Origin: Candidatus Omnitrophota bacterium
GTDB lineage: Bacteria > Omnitrophota > Gorgyraeia > Duberdicusellales > 4484-171
NCBI GenBank assembly: GCA_041652815.1
Contig: JBAZGN010000002.1
Span: 8,209 to 72,208, forward strand
Direction of reading: 5' to 3'
Length of the DNA: 64,000 bases
Part shown: piece by piece, positions 1 to 13,163 of the stretch
Position numbering within the stretch: position 1 is the stretch's first letter
Layout of the letters: the number at the start of each line of letters is the position of its first letter
Translations under genes and position numbers: made by a program
The notes under the pieces: generated by a model
Seen by the model: the letters and a program-made list of their open reading frames with translations, nothing else
Told to the model about the DNA's origin: nothing
Database searches by the model: none

Positions 1-3000
1 GTTTTACTGGTTCCGACAATTTTGCTATATTCTATTAAGCTTATCGGTAAGTTATTTATTGTTCGCGATAATTTATCTTCAGCAACTAATTTAAATACCT
101 CTGCTCCCAATCTTGAAGATCAAGTCATTCGCGTACGAGTAGCATGGATTAACCGCCACCTTTATTTAATCGCTCCTTTTAACGAATATTTGATGAATTT
201 ATATAAGCAATCACCGGAGGCGCTATTAAATAAATATTATCCCAATGGCCATGAAAAACGTGCCGACGTAGACAAGGCAAGAAAAGATATCGTAGATGAG
301 GAATCAAAAATAATATTTATTGAAGATTATTTTGTTCGCCCGATTTCCAACCTTTTCCTCGCTATCATGACTGATCAGGGTGAAAAATGGAAGAGTGATA
401 TGGAAGGTAAACGTAGCAACAATCTCCGCACTCTTATTTCAAAGAACGGTTGGCAAAAAGCAGGAACATACTTTGTTTTTACAGATAGAGATTTGAGGCG
501 CCTATTCACTATTTTTGCTGAAAAAGGAGAAGACCCGGTCACTTATTTTAATTTGAATGATCATCTTTTAGTTGAAACCGCGGAAAAAGGAATAGGGCGT
601 TTGCAGAAAAATGGCGATGCCGTAGAATTGCTGATTCAGCCATTAAGAAAATGGCTTAAGGAGCAGTATGAAGATGGCAAAAACAAAAACCAGCAAAGAG
701 TAAAGGGATTTGTGCTTTCTGCTATAGCATTATATTTTGTCCCCATAGCTTCATTTATTCTAAAAGCTTTTGGTGTAATTAGTATTCCTGTTAATCCTTG
801 GGTAATTGGCTTAGCTATTGCCATGGTATCTTTGGCGACCATTCTTTACGCAGTTGGGCTTTTATCTCAAAAATGGCTTGTGCAGCCCACCTTCCCGGTT
901 GGCTTAGAAAAGATTGTTTCAAGCCGCATTGGCAGAATTATCATAATTGCATTAGGCTTAAGCATGGGGTTAGTGCTTCATTATACTTTAGGCGTCGGGC
1001 TAAAAGGCAGCATTTTCAGCGCGGCAGTAGTTTCTTTTGTTATATATGAAATTATACAAATGCTGCCCTTTTTAAAATTCCATTTATGGGATTGGTTTAA
1101 GGCAGTATTCATTATTTGGAAAACAAGCAACAATTATGCAGGTTCGCTTTCGCAAGAAAAAATTAGCATCAAAAAACAATTCTTTTTTACTTATTTTAAA
1201 TGGCTTTTATTCTATGGCACGGTTATATTTGGAATCTGCTTATATTACGGCTGGGGCGTAATTCCTGTCTTTGGCTGGGTAATGGGAGGATTGCTAATTA
1301 CGCTTATAAGTATAAGAGAATCCGTGAGGAGCTGGTGGTATTTATTTATAGAATCAGCTTCAAGAAGCCTTGCAAGAAATCAACGCTGGGATACGTTAAA
1401 ATTATATCGAAATATCAAAAAAGAACATTTAATCAGAATCCGCAAAGATGGTTATTTTAAAGATGCATATTTAGAGATTCTTGTCAAAGAAACTCTCGAA
1501 AACTTTGATTTGGTAGACGCAGATCAAGCCGAGCAATTACGAAACGTTGTAAACAATGGTTCTTTGCCGGGCAATTTAAGCCAGCAAGCTCGCGAAGAAA
1601 TAATAAAATTTTTCAACAAAATCGAAATGGCTATCACAATGAGCGGCGGAGAAGAAAAATTCCTAGCTCGCCTTGAGCTCGATCCCGGCATAATTGTGTG
1701 TAAAGGAACAGGAAAGAAAAGGATTATCCCCAGCGTTAAATTTTTGGATGGCGAAGAATTGGACGCCTTGGCTAAAACTAAACAAAAACCGCAGAGAGTA
1801 TTAAAATCGGGATTCAGGATTTTTAAAGAAAATTTCGGCGATTCATGGATGATTTTTATTAAGGGCAGTTTATATAAGAAATTAAAAGAAATAGAAGAAA
1901 GTTTGGGAATTAATGAAATAAGTAATACAACAATTGACCAAAATACCGAAGCAAAATTATTATCCATTACGATGAGCTTGAAAGAAACAATAATAAAAGC
2001 TGCAGAGAGATTTTATGGTAACAGTTTTACCGAACAACAGAGAAGCAGAGTTGAAAAAGCCATAGTTACCGGTTGGGTTATGTATCGTGCAGACGGCTAC
2101 TTGAAAACATTACTTTTTGCCGAAAAAGCAGCTGAAGCTTCCTTGAGGGTGTATCTTAAGCATATGATTATTAAGACTCAAAATAGAATACCGACTGCCG
2201 CTGAAGTTGAACAAGAAGTTGAAAAACGCCTTATGTTTGTCCATATACATGAGGATATAGATCCTGATAAAGGCAATGAAGCCGATCCTAAAAAACAATG
2301 GGGCGGTGTGGAGCCGAAAACTCTTATTGATATATTGGGCGCGAAAGGTTATGTTGTTAATAAACACGGCCGTAAAATTATTGTTTCAACAAAAGATTAT
2401 GAGGCTAATGACGGGCAGTATAAATATCCCAAGAAAGAATCAGGAAGGTGGGTAGTAAAGACAGATAAATGGAGTATAGCCGGGCGTTTCATTGAAAAGT
2501 TTTTATTAGACCAAGAGAAAGACGATGCAACGCTGGTTAATTTGGATAGAGACCATTTCTTTTTCCCTGCCGATTATTTCTTACTGCCATTTATTGCCAG
2601 GCGCTTCATTGACGAGCCAGACTTAGGGTTTTTAACTACGCGCCTTGCTGTAAAAACCGGTGGTGTAAGCAACGTTGCCGCTAACCATAAGGTTGCAGAA
2701 GACACTTGGAACAGTTTTATATTGCCGGCAGAATCAGCGATAGGAACCCATGCGTTTTATGGACCGGGTATTGTGCGTTGGTCAGTAATGAGAATTTGGG
2801 GTGCTTACATGTCAAATATCGAAGATACAGCAGCAGCTCAGGAAGCACAGTTCCGCGGTTTCAGAGGTGAATATACACCTTGGATTTCCTGGGGCCGTCC
2901 CCGTGAAATGCTTGCGATTTCTTTGCCGGACTTCCAAAACAGATTTGGAGGCTTAGTAATGGATGAATTCTTATCAACCCATTTCCAGAAGCTGCTGCAA

Positions 3001-6000
3001 GCTGACCAATTGCATTGGACAGAAAAATTAACACTTCTTGAGAACTTTGATTTCTATTTCAACAAACCTATGATTCCCAGATATAATTTATTTGTATTTC
3101 TTTTTGCTTTCTTTTTGAATTTTACACCATTCTCCTATTTATCCTTCCCGTTATTATTTGTGGGCTTGCAGTATTTATTTGCCGAAGCAATTACCGCCGG
3201 AGGAATTAGGCTTTTTAGCACAGACAGGCACCCAGTTATGGGTTATTTTAAATATTTAAGCAGATTCTGGAGTTTAGTCTTTACTTTTGCTCCTTTGATA
3301 CCATTACACGACGAGAAGGTTCGTAACGCATTTAAGGGCAAAGCAGGGTTATTTACTTCCGGGGTTAAAGATATTGTTTATTCGATTATTCCTTTTGAAG
3401 AATTATATGAATGCTATAAGACAACAATCAAATGGGGATTGGTGCTTGCTGTAATATTATTGTTTGCGCCAGCACATCCTTACGCTGTTATCGCACAATT
3501 TTTCTTCTATATTTTCCCATTTGCTTTTATCTTTGGCCCATTCTTGAATAATGGTTATTCAAAACCGTGGTGGGCTATTACAACTCTTGCAATGCTTATA
3601 GGTGCCATGTTTGCTCCTTCAATGATTTTAACTGCAGTACTGATTGCGGGCGGTATATTAACTTTTCTTTTAGGGGTTAAAGCAGAAGAACGCTACACAA
3701 AAGGTATTTACCAAGGATTATTAGCTTCACTGTACTATACCTTAGAAGTCTTCCTGAGCTTATTTTTTATTAAGGTTGATTTCTTTGAGTGGTTAGCAGC
3801 TATGCCCGATGTTACTAAACGTAAAGATGGCGAGCCGGTAATAAAGAGTGGTAAACCGGACAATGAGATGCTTAACTTAACTCTTTTCTTTAAAGGAAAA
3901 AACCCCGGTGTTGTTGGTGGCGAGAAAGATGCTGGTAAAGGAAAAATGGTAAAATACTATGATAACCCGGCTACTAATAACAGCAGCCATAACATTTATA
4001 AGGTATTTGGGCAACTGATATTATTGACTGCGACAATAGCCGCATCTTTCGCTGCACTTTATACCGCTATAAAAGTGTTAATGATTAGCGTGGTTACATT
4101 GGCAGTTTTAAGTTTAATTGTTTATCCCGTATTGGTTTATAACGAACGATTTGCACGAAGTATGAAGGATTTCATTAAACCCATTAAAGACGATGATTTG
4201 CCTAAACAGGATGAAGTATTATCTCTTGATTACAAACTTCTCAAAATCTGGCAGTCCTTAATACCAAAAATAAATAAAGTATTTAGTTGGTCTTATCCAT
4301 TGAAAGTTATGGTATTAAGCATTGAATATGGCTTTGTTTCCATGGTTTATTTCCTCTCCATTGCATTATGGCAAAAAAGTAATAACAAAAAAATTACCAA
4401 AACTACTTATCCCGCCACCATGCCTGTTGTTAATATTCCTGATAGAAACGCTACGCAAGAAGAATTACAAATAATTATTAATGCTTTTGGTGGCAGTAAA
4501 GCATTAGCGCACAATAAAATTACTCTTAATACAAATAATACGGTAATTAGCGGTTTATTAGAATCGCCGGCAGAAGTCAGTAATGGAATTTTATTTATAA
4601 ATCCTAATACCTTACGTGGTCCACCGGAGCAGTTAAGAGTTATTTTTGAAGGACATGAATTATTCCATTTACTTAACCCGGATTTTTCAGAGGAAGCTGC
4701 ACGCCAATACACTATTGAGTATTTGTCCGCACGTAATCTTTTAGCGAGACATATTCAATTTCTGCAGAAGAATGATATTGGGCTTGTAGCGAATAGTTTT
4801 TGGATGGAACAATCAAAGATTACAAACGAACCTAAATTATCTACTAGGTTAGAGAATTTCCAGAAAGTTGAGAAAATTGAGAGAATCGCCGAAGTAGTGA
4901 TTTATATTCTAGTGATAGCATTGCTGGCTATATTTACACCTCTAAGAAATCCTGTAAATTTATTTCTCCAAATTATTGGAGTACTAGTAGTAACAAGTTT
5001 TCTTATTCATATTATTGAGAGTAGCATTAAGGAAACAATATTTGGAATTATAGAGATCCCAGCTTCTTATAGGGGAGAAGTTGGTAAAACCTATCGCGGT
5101 TCAACAGCTGAAGAATATGATGACGATGAAGACAACGATTCAGTGGATTATTCTTCAAGTCCAATAGAGTCAAACGAACCGGGCTTCTTTGGCAGGATCT
5201 GGCGGGATATGCGGATAAATTATCATATAGGGCAGTTGAGAAGTGAAAATGAAAAAATTAGACAAGCATCGGCAGATGCCTTGACCAAAATTGGCGAGCC
5301 GGCAGCAGAATTAATTATTAAAGAATTAGATACCCCTATTAATAAATGGTATAAGCCTGCAAGAAATTCCCGAAACACCCCTGTGGCGGAGTTGATAGAA
5401 ATTTTAGGAAGAATGAGAAGTCTTAGAGCTATACCTAAACGGCAATTTCAAACATTAACTAGTTTTGAATTAATTCCCCGCTATTCAACCCAGCTTCGCC
5501 TGCCTTTAACCCGTGGCCCTCCGCAAAATGCGATTACAAATAAAGATTCATCCCCAATATCTACGGTTTCGACTTTTGCTCCAAAAAGCATTAGCAATTT
5601 AATCCGCTACAGTGATTTAGAAGAGGCGTTTACTAACGAGTATGAGTGTGTTCTTGATTTAGAATTCGAGAAGAAAGATGAACGATTCTCAATTTTAGCA
5701 TTACCATTAGCAGTTAAGGTAAAAACCCCTCAAGACTACGATAGAGAAGCAAAAGAATTAGCATTTTCATGGGGCACTTCTGATAACCCGCGACATCAAT
5801 ATTTTGAAGCACTACAGCAAATAAGAGAGAAAGACAGACAGGAAGCAACTAAATACAGAACTGCCCAAAGATTTGCCGAGATACTGAATCAGGCTTTACT
5901 TACCGTTGAAGAAATAATTCATCAGCAAGGCGGAGCAGAATTCATTCGCTATTTCCAAGCTAAGTTAAATTCACCTGACAATAGAGCGCCTCCTGTCCGC

Positions 6001-9000
6001 ATTAGAGTTAATTCCAACTTACCAGTAAATTCAGCAAGATACTACAATAAAACTAAAAACGAAGTAGAAATACTTTTTAATGACAAATTTGCTCTTGAAC
6101 TTATAGGTGCATATGATACTTATAGAGAAGCAGTTATCACCATTTTTGGTGAACGTCTTTTCCATGAGCTCTGCCATACCAATAATGGCGATATAAGAGT
6201 AGCTACGGTTAACGAAGCCCGCCGCATAGAGCGCGACTATCAATTGCATAAATTGATTGTAACGAACAAAAGACAAGAAGACGTTGACCTTTTCTATAGA
6301 GAATACCACCCGTCATGTCGCTCCGGTTATTACTTCAAATTTTTAGAAGAGCTCGAAGGCCTTGATGCGCAGCAAAGGAAAATTGCGATTTTAAACTATC
6401 TTTATGCCAATTATCCCGTAGATACAGCCGCCAACCTTTCTATTATTTTAGGAAGAATAGATCTTTCCAAATATGATACAAAAGCCAAATTTGCCATCTA
6501 TTCTGGCCCTCCGGGAGGCGGCAAGGGAGCAGTATCCGAAGAATTTAATAAACTTTTTGGACGTCATATACAGAAATTTATTCTTTTCCATACCAGAGGA
6601 ATACGGCCGGGAGAACGTCAAGATGAAAACTATCATTTCCGCACGGAAGAACATTTAAGGAAATTAAAACAAGAAGGGAAAATACTCACTACTTTGATTA
6701 ACAACCAATTGCAGGGTTTAGCTGTAGAAAGTTTTACCGATACTTATGCCGATCCAGTAACTAACGAAGAAAGAACAACTGAAATTAATGGTCTCGATTC
6801 TGTTTTTAACGGATCACGAATAGTCATCCTTGAATGTGGGCTTTCCTGGTTTGAAATATTAAAAGAAAAATATCCCGATCTTTATGCAATTTTTATTTCG
6901 CCGTTCAATGATAAATATTTAAGCGAAAAATCACATAATCCTGATGCCGCTTTTGAGGCAATCGTAGGCAAGGAAATTGCTTTAAGAATACATGACCGAG
7001 AATGTAAAAATGCCAAAAAAGCCGCTGCCAAGTTTTCAGAAGAGAAAAAATTCTACATCCCTACTTCACAAGGAGAATATGTCAACCGTATCAACGAGGC
7101 GGTAACACAGGTCAAAAGAAGGCATGAATACAGAGTGAATTTAGTCAATGAATGGGTGCCGGAAGATCGTTATGAAGCAGCAATAGGTATATTAACCGAA
7201 CAATTCGCGCAAGCCATCTTCTCAAACGTGCTTACCGCAATGGAGGTTGAGTTTAATGCTGCTGATTCTGCTGAACAGCTTTCTACACGTTTAGGTACCG
7301 TTGATATAAAAGCCAAAGAAAGCCAGGCAAAATTTGTCATCTACTCCGGACCTCCGGGAGGAGGAAAAGGTGCCGTTTGGGATAAGTTCAAGAAAAGATT
7401 CGGCGAATCCAATAATAGTTACGGTGAAAATTTGCTCAATAAATTCCGTCTTTTTCATACCAGGAGCATACGACCCGGCGAAGTCCAAGATGTTGATTAC
7501 CACTTTAGAGATGCAGCGCATTTAAATAAATTACGACAAGAAGGGAAAATCATTACCGTTTTGATTAATGACCAACTACAAGGTTTGCCTTTGGTTAATT
7601 TCCACGATACCTACAAGTATCCGGATCCGGATGATCCTACGACAATTCATGAGGGCGAGTGCGATGTTGTCGGCCTTGACTCGGTATTCAAAGGTGGGCA
7701 GATAGTTCTCTTGGAAGGAGGCCTAGGCTGGTTTGAACAGTTACAACAGATGTGCGGTAAGGATATTTTTAGTATCTTTATATCACCTTTTAGCGATGGC
7801 TATTTAGAGGCGAAATCCCATGATCCAGAGGCAATGCTTGAAGCGATTGTCGGCAAGGAAATTGCATTACGTATCCATGCCAGGGAAGTAAAAGGCGCCG
7901 CATTACAAAAAGCAAATAATGAAGAAAAATTTCAACAAGGAAAAACAGATGAGATTAAACACTGGTTTCCGACGAAACACGAGGAATTTGTCAACAGGGT
8001 CAATGAGGCCGTTATCCAAATAAGAAGAAGGCATGAATACACAAAGGTATTAACCAATGAATGGGCTAACAGTCAGCAAGAATATCAACGTATCATAAGA
8101 AAGCTTACCGAAGAATTTTCACAAGCTATTTTTGGAAATCTTTATAATAACCTCAACGAAGGTTATGTTAAGGCATTCGGCGGAGTAAGCTCTCCTATTT
8201 CAGAAGAATCTTCTCCAAGCGCAAACTTTATTTCCCCCTTCTCTCCCCATAACATCGCGACTCTCATACGCTATGCAGATTTAGAAAATGGTTTCAATGA
8301 TACATATGAATGCAGTCTTGATTTGGAGAAAAAACCATTGAAGAGATTCAGAGCAATAGGCAATAAAGCTTATGATTTAGCAATGGTTTTAAACGAAGCA
8401 TTAATAGTAGTTGAAGAAATTATCTCAAAAGGCGCCGATACAGAACTTACGCGTTATTTCCAGACCAAGCTTAATATGTATTATAACCGTGGACCCCCTA
8501 TTAAGATAAGGCTCAATTCCAAATTAACAGTTAACGCCGCAAGATATTATAACAGGGTTACTAATACGGTAGAGATTATTTTAAATGAACGTTTTGCCTT
8601 GACTCTACTTGCTGCCCGTACGACTTTCCCAGAAGCTATACCAGTTATCTTTGGTGAACGCCTTTTCCATGAGCTCTGCCACACTAATAACGATGATATT
8701 AGGCTTGCCGTAGTCCATGAAGCTCACCGTATCGAAAGAGATCTTCAACTCCATCAATTAGTTGTCGCCAGCGGAAAACAAGCATTTATAGATGATTACT
8801 ACCAACAATTACATCCTGTATGGCGCTCGGGCTATTACTTTAGGTTTCTTGGTAAACTAGGTAAACTTGAAGATAAAGTTCAACGCGGGAAAGCCATAGA
8901 TGCTTATTTAAAGCGTGAATATCCCGTTATTACAGCTTCTAATCTTTCCATAACTTTAGGAAGGATAGAGCTGGGCCAGCATAACACTTCTGCCAAATTT

Positions 9001-12000
9001 GCCATCTACTCCGGGCCTCCAGGAGGAGGAAAAGGCGCTGTCTGGGAGAGATTCTCCAGTCTATTTAGCCATCAAATCGAGCGTTTTATATTATTCCATA
9101 CCCGTTCAATGCGCAGCGGAGAAGTGCAGGATGAAACTTACCATTATAGAAGCGAGGAGCATTTAAAGGCACTGGAAGCAGACGATAAAATTATAACTAC
9201 AAAAATCAACAACCAATTACAAGGTTTAGCCATAGAGACATTTACAGATACCTATATTGACCCTGAAACAAAAGAAGAAAGAACAACAACGGTAGTCGGT
9301 CTTGATACGGTATTTAACGGAGAGAAGGTAGTTGTTCTTGAATGCGGATTAGCCTGGTTTGAAGTTCTAAGCGGTAAATATCCTGACCTTTATTCTATAT
9401 TTATCTCACCATTTTCCGCTGAATATCTTGAAAAGAGTTCACATGACCCCCAAGCGGCATTTGAAGCAATCATCGGTAAAGAGATTGCTTTGAGAATTCA
9501 TAGCAGAGAATGTAAGAATGCTAAAGCAGCCGCAGACAAATTTAAAACGGATCCCCAAGCAAAACTCTACACCCCCACTCCCCAAGCAGAATATATCGAT
9601 AGAATTAAAGAAGCAGTAGAACAGGTAAGAAGGCGGCATGAATATAAACTTGTTTTAGTCAATGAATGGGTACCGGAAGATCAGTTTGAAGAAGCTATTT
9701 TAAAGCTGACCGAAGAATTTGCCAAAGGTATCTTCTCCAACCTCTTAAGAGCGTTAGAGATGCCTTTTGACGATAATGCTTCAGCAGACCAATTAGCAAT
9801 GATTCTGTCGGCAGCAGACCTTAAAACAAAATCAACTTCTGCCAAATTTGCCATATACTCCGGGCCTCCAGGAGGAGGAAAAGGCGCTGTCTGGGAGAGA
9901 TTTATCGAACATTATAGTAATGTTTATAATATCTATGGGGAGCCATTAATTGCTAGATTTAGGCTTTTCCATACCCGGGCAAAAAGGCCAGGAGAAACAC
10001 AGAATGAACATTATTACTATAGAAACGGTATTCATCTCAACAAGCTAAGAATTGAAGGTAAAATTATCACTACCTTGATTAATAATCAGCTTCAAGGATT
10101 GGCTTTAACCAGCTTCGCCGATACTTATACTGATCCCGAGACCAATCAGCAGGAACAATTTGATGTTGTCGGCCTTGACTCGGTATTCAAAGGTGGGCAG
10201 ATAGTTCTCTTGGAAGGAGGCCTAGGCTGGTTTGAACAGTTACAACAGATGTACGGTAAGGATATTTTTAGTATCTTTATATCACCCTTTAGCGATGGCT
10301 ATATTGACAGGCAGTCCAATAACCCGCAATCAGCCTTCAAAGCCATAGTAGGCAAGGAAATTGCCTTGAGAATCCATGCCCGTGAATGCAAAGATGCCAA
10401 AAAGAGAAAAGAGAATGCTGAAGTAGATAAAGAGCAGGGCAATCGTGAAGCTATAAGACTTTTCTCCCCTACGCCACAGCAGGAATTTATCAACCGGATA
10501 GAAGAAGCAGTAGAGCAAGTCGCAAGAAGAGGAGAATATAGTGATATCTTAGTAAATACTTGGGTGCATAACGAAGAAGAATTCCGTCAAGCAGTAAGGG
10601 AACTTACTGAAACATTATCTGTAAATGTCTTCTCCCATCTTTTTAATGAACTGAGAGAAGGTTATGTCAAGGCATTTGGGGGAGCGAGTTCGGCGGTGGC
10701 AACCGCGCAGCATATTATCGTAAACAGGATACTTTTCCAGAGACGGCACGATAGGGCTGAAGTGCTTGTGCATCAAGGCATAAACCCTTCTACTATAGAA
10801 AATATAGCGGGAGGCGCTATTGATTTATTATCTGAAGACGGTTTTACTAGAGCAGTTTTGACTGCAATGGGTGTTGTTGATTTTGACTCTCTTGATAAAA
10901 ATAACGAAGACATAAGCGCAATCACTATGCTTGAATCGTATCGAGATATAAATGATAGCATCGCGGCTGGCACAGTAAGCCTATTCGCATTCAGGGCAGA
11001 TATGCAGCGAGAAATCATTGATCGCTTGATCAATGATTTCAAAATGGTGGGATATAGTGGCGAATATAATGAAGCATACGTTGATGTGTATGACAACCAT
11101 GCAAGAACAACGGGCGTGGTTATGCCACGTGCGCAAGTTCATATGGATGGAGATTTGCACGCGGATGTATATGTGTTTGTGTTTAATGACGACGGGAATA
11201 TTTTGATGCAGACACGTTCTGCCCAAAAGGAGATTTATCCTTTAAAAAGAGAGGCGTCAGTGAGCGGACATAGAAGAGCTGGAGAAGACGCAAAAACAAC
11301 AGCTGTACGCTTATTAAAAAAAGAAATTGGTTTGGAAGCGCGACTGGACAACCTTGTCCAGCTTGGTACAGAAAACAGGTTAAGACGCACGGAGGATTTT
11401 AACAATAACCTTAAAGAAAGGCTTTTTACAACAGTATTTGCCTATGTTATCTCTATCAATGACACTATTACTTTTAATCCCCAGGAAGTTAAAAGTATTG
11501 AGTTTGTTAACGCGGACAAGGAATTGCGCGAGCTAAAGGCAAACAGCGATAATTACGCAAGCATAAAATACGTTTTGTCTGATAGGGAAGTAATAGATGA
11601 AATAAGAAGAATAGGTTCTGAAATCAGTGAGTATAGAATTTCCGTAGGCCAAAGAAGCAAAGACAATGAAATACTTTTTAGAATAAAAAATGTTTTTTCT
11701 ACAGATAGAATAAAAAGTGCCGCTTTCGTCACACCGGAAGCAATACCTTTTGCCAAAACCGGCGGACTAGGGGATGTCTCCGGTGAACTGCCTCAAGCTG
11801 TAGCAGAGCTTGGCATAGCAACTTATATATTTACTTTAGGTTACAACGCAATCTTTCAGAAGTATGACCTTGTCGACACCGGCATAACAATAGAAGTTGT
11901 TATTGACGGCAAGCAGGTACCGGTAAAAATTTGGACAAAACATGAGCGCAATGTTACTTACTTCTTTTTATCAGCACAAGATTATGCCAAGGTACCTTAT

Positions 12001-13146
12001 GCCGGAGATAAATTGCATCTAACATTACTTTTATCCGAAGGAACATTAAAAGCAATTGAGCAGCTTGTTGCCAGGGGTATAATTGTCAACCCGCAAATTA
12101 TACACGCTAACGATTGGCAAACAGCCTTAGTTCCAGTATTTATAAAAACAAAATACAACACGCATCCGCTTTTTACTCATACAGCGACATTATTTACAAT
12201 ACACAATCAAAAGTATAGGGCTGATTGGATCCCGGTACAAAGATTTCCAGAATTAGGTATAGGCTGGGAGCATTGGTTTGGTTTGCAACAGCCGGAAGCC
12301 CCGCAGTATTTTAGTCTTATGCGAGGCGGTATATTCCACGCTGACAAATTGAACGCTGTTTCACCTGCCAATAGAGAGGAGTTATTAACCGTTAAATACG
12401 GAGAAACATTGGTCGATTTATTTCAGGCAAGGGCGCTTGATATGGTGGGTATCATGAACGGTGTTGACTATGACGTTTGGAATCCGGCAAATATTGAAGA
12501 CAAGCCCATAGAGAAAGCTTTATTGCAGGCAAATTTAGGCTTTGAGGTAAATCCAAATATTCCGTTTATCGGTATGGTAGCAAGGATTGCCGCGCAAAAA
12601 GCCGTAGATAAAGTAGTTGCTGTTATTGGAAGATTATTAATGGAAACTAATGGTCAGCTGCAATTTGTTTTTCTCGGTAAAGGTAATCCTCAGGATCCTT
12701 ATAATAGCAAGACAATGAGCATGATGCAGAAATTAGCTTCGAATTCCCGCTGGGCGAAGAATATCAAATTTATGCATCAGTATACAACCGATGAGCAGAT
12801 AAAAGTTTTTAGAGGGATTGACATGTTTCTATATCCTTCTGAGTATGAACCGTGCGGTACCAAACCGATAGTCGCTCTTATCAATGCTGTGCCTTGTGTA
12901 GTTCGAAAAACAGGAGGTTTGGCTGATAACGTACAGGAATATAACAAATTAACTGGAGAGGGAAATGGTTTCATTTTTGAAGAAAATGCAGGCCCGGTTT
13001 TTTATGCTGCTTTAAAGAGGGCGCTTAAAACATTCAGTGATAAAACACATTGGCCTAGAGTCGTCATCAATGCACAGAGTAAAGATAGGAGTTGGACACT
13101 ACCGGCAATGGAATATATAGAATTGTATAAAGCCGCTATTTTTAAA
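1..13146 (+). CDS. Giant multidomain protein, part 1. It is 5'-partial: open from the window start in frame 1 and ending at TAA 13144-13146. Contents: a polytopic membrane region, HExxH modules, four guanylate-kinase-like domains, a Nudix/IDI-like domain and a glycogen-synthase-like domain.
   Basis: Manual frame-1 translation from nt 1 found no stop until TAA at 13144-13146 (...EYIELYKAAIF*). Every 60-nt line starts a codon, and I checked frame alignment at many line starts. The domain motifs are listed in the features below. Confidence 0.85.
706..5013 (+). other. Polytopic membrane region. It contains at least 12 hydrophobic helix-length segments, with an embedded soluble stretch at about 1320-3080.
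   Basis: Translated hydrophobic runs include GFVLSAIALYFVPIASFILKAFGVISIPVNPWVIGLAIAMVSLATILYAVGLL, FYGTVIFGICLYYGWGVIPVFGWVMGGLLITLI, WGLVLAVILLFAPAHPYAVIAQFFFYIFPFAFIFGPFL and VFGQLILLTATIAASFAALYTAIKVLMISVVTLAVLSLIVYPVLVY. Confidence 0.6.
4654..4668 (+). other. HExxH motif (HELFH), a candidate zinc-metallopeptidase-like site inside the membrane region.
   Basis: cat gaa tta ttc cat, in frame. The context is VIFEGHELFHLLNPDFSEE. Confidence 0.3.
5542..6460 (+). other. HExxH-containing domain of repeat unit 1 (HELCH at 6163-6177). It is a paralog of 8245-8980.
   Basis: ISNLIRYSDLEEAFTNEYECVLDLE...IFGERLFHELCHTNNGDIRVATVNEARRIERDYQLH. The HExxH motif is in frame. Confidence 0.4.
6475..7290 (+). 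other. Guanylate-kinase-like domain 1, with a variant P-loop GPPGGGKGA.
   Basis: KFAIYSGPPGGGKGAV (P-loop at 6505-6528), then LFHTRGIRPGERQDENYHF, which resembles the guanylate kinase TTRxPRxGExDGxDYxF motif, and AIFISPFNDKYL. Confidence 0.55.
7321..8160 (+). other. Guanylate-kinase-like domain 2.
   Basis: KFVIYSGPPGGGKGAVW (7348-7371), LFHTRSIRPGEVQDVDYHF and IFISPFSDGYLEAKSH. Confidence 0.55.
7663..7803 (+). repeat. A 141-bp near-identical tract shared between otherwise divergent guanylate-kinase-like paralogs. It looks like a gene-conversion tract.
   Basis: gatgttgtcggccttgactcggtattcaaaggtgggcagatagttctcttggaaggaggcctaggctggtttgaacagttacaacagatgtgcggtaaggatatttttagtatctttatatcaccttttagcgatggctat matches 10162-10303 (and 15118-15259) with 2 mismatches. 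Confidence 0.85.
8245..8980 (+). other. HExxH-containing domain of repeat unit 2 (HELCH at 8668-8682).
   Basis: IATLIRYADLENGFNDTYECSLDLE...IFGERLFHELCHTNNDDIRLAVVHEAHRIERDLQLH. Confidence 0.4.
8986..9810 (+). other. Guanylate-kinase-like domain 3.
   Basis: KFAIYSGPPGGGKGAVWERF (P-loop at 9013-9036) and LFHTRSMRSGEVQDETYHY. Confidence 0.55.
9835..10695 (+). other. Guanylate-kinase-like domain 4.
   Basis: KFAIYSGPPGGGKGAVWERFIEH (9862-9885) and LFHTRAKRPGETQNEHYYY. Confidence 0.55.
11080..11490 (+). other. Nudix-fold domain resembling type-1 isopentenyl-diphosphate isomerase (IDI).
   Basis: GDLHADVYVFVFNDDGNILMQTRSAQKEIYPLKREASVSGH resembles the IDI-1 pattern LHRAFSVFLFN..G.LLLQ.R...K.TFPG...CSHP. 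A degenerate Nudix box follows: GHRRAGEDAKTTAVRLLKKEIGL. Confidence 0.55.
11716..13143 (+). other. Glycogen/starch synthase-like glycosyltransferase domain (GT5, GlgA-like). It is the last domain before the TAA.
   Basis: AAFVTPEAIPFAKTGGLGDVSGELP carries the KTGGL motif (11755-11778). The C-terminal FLYPSEYEPCGTKPIVALINAVPCVVRKTGGLADNV resembles the GlgA pattern PSRFEPCGL....G..P.VR.TGGLADTV. Confidence 0.75.
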
Positions 13147-13163
13147 AAAACAGGCAATATTTC

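Larger units (their letters stand above)
8207..10702 (+). repeat. Segmental duplication, copy A (about 2.5 kb). It comprises the HExxH domain and two guanylate-kinase-like domains.
   Basis: Nucleotide-identical to 13164-15658. The offset is 4957, dropping to 4956 after a 1-bp difference in a C-run near 8241 versus 13199. Both copies leave identical antisense ORFs in the supplied track (9439..9639 = 14395..14595 and 10299..10493 = 15255..15449). Confidence 0.9.
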
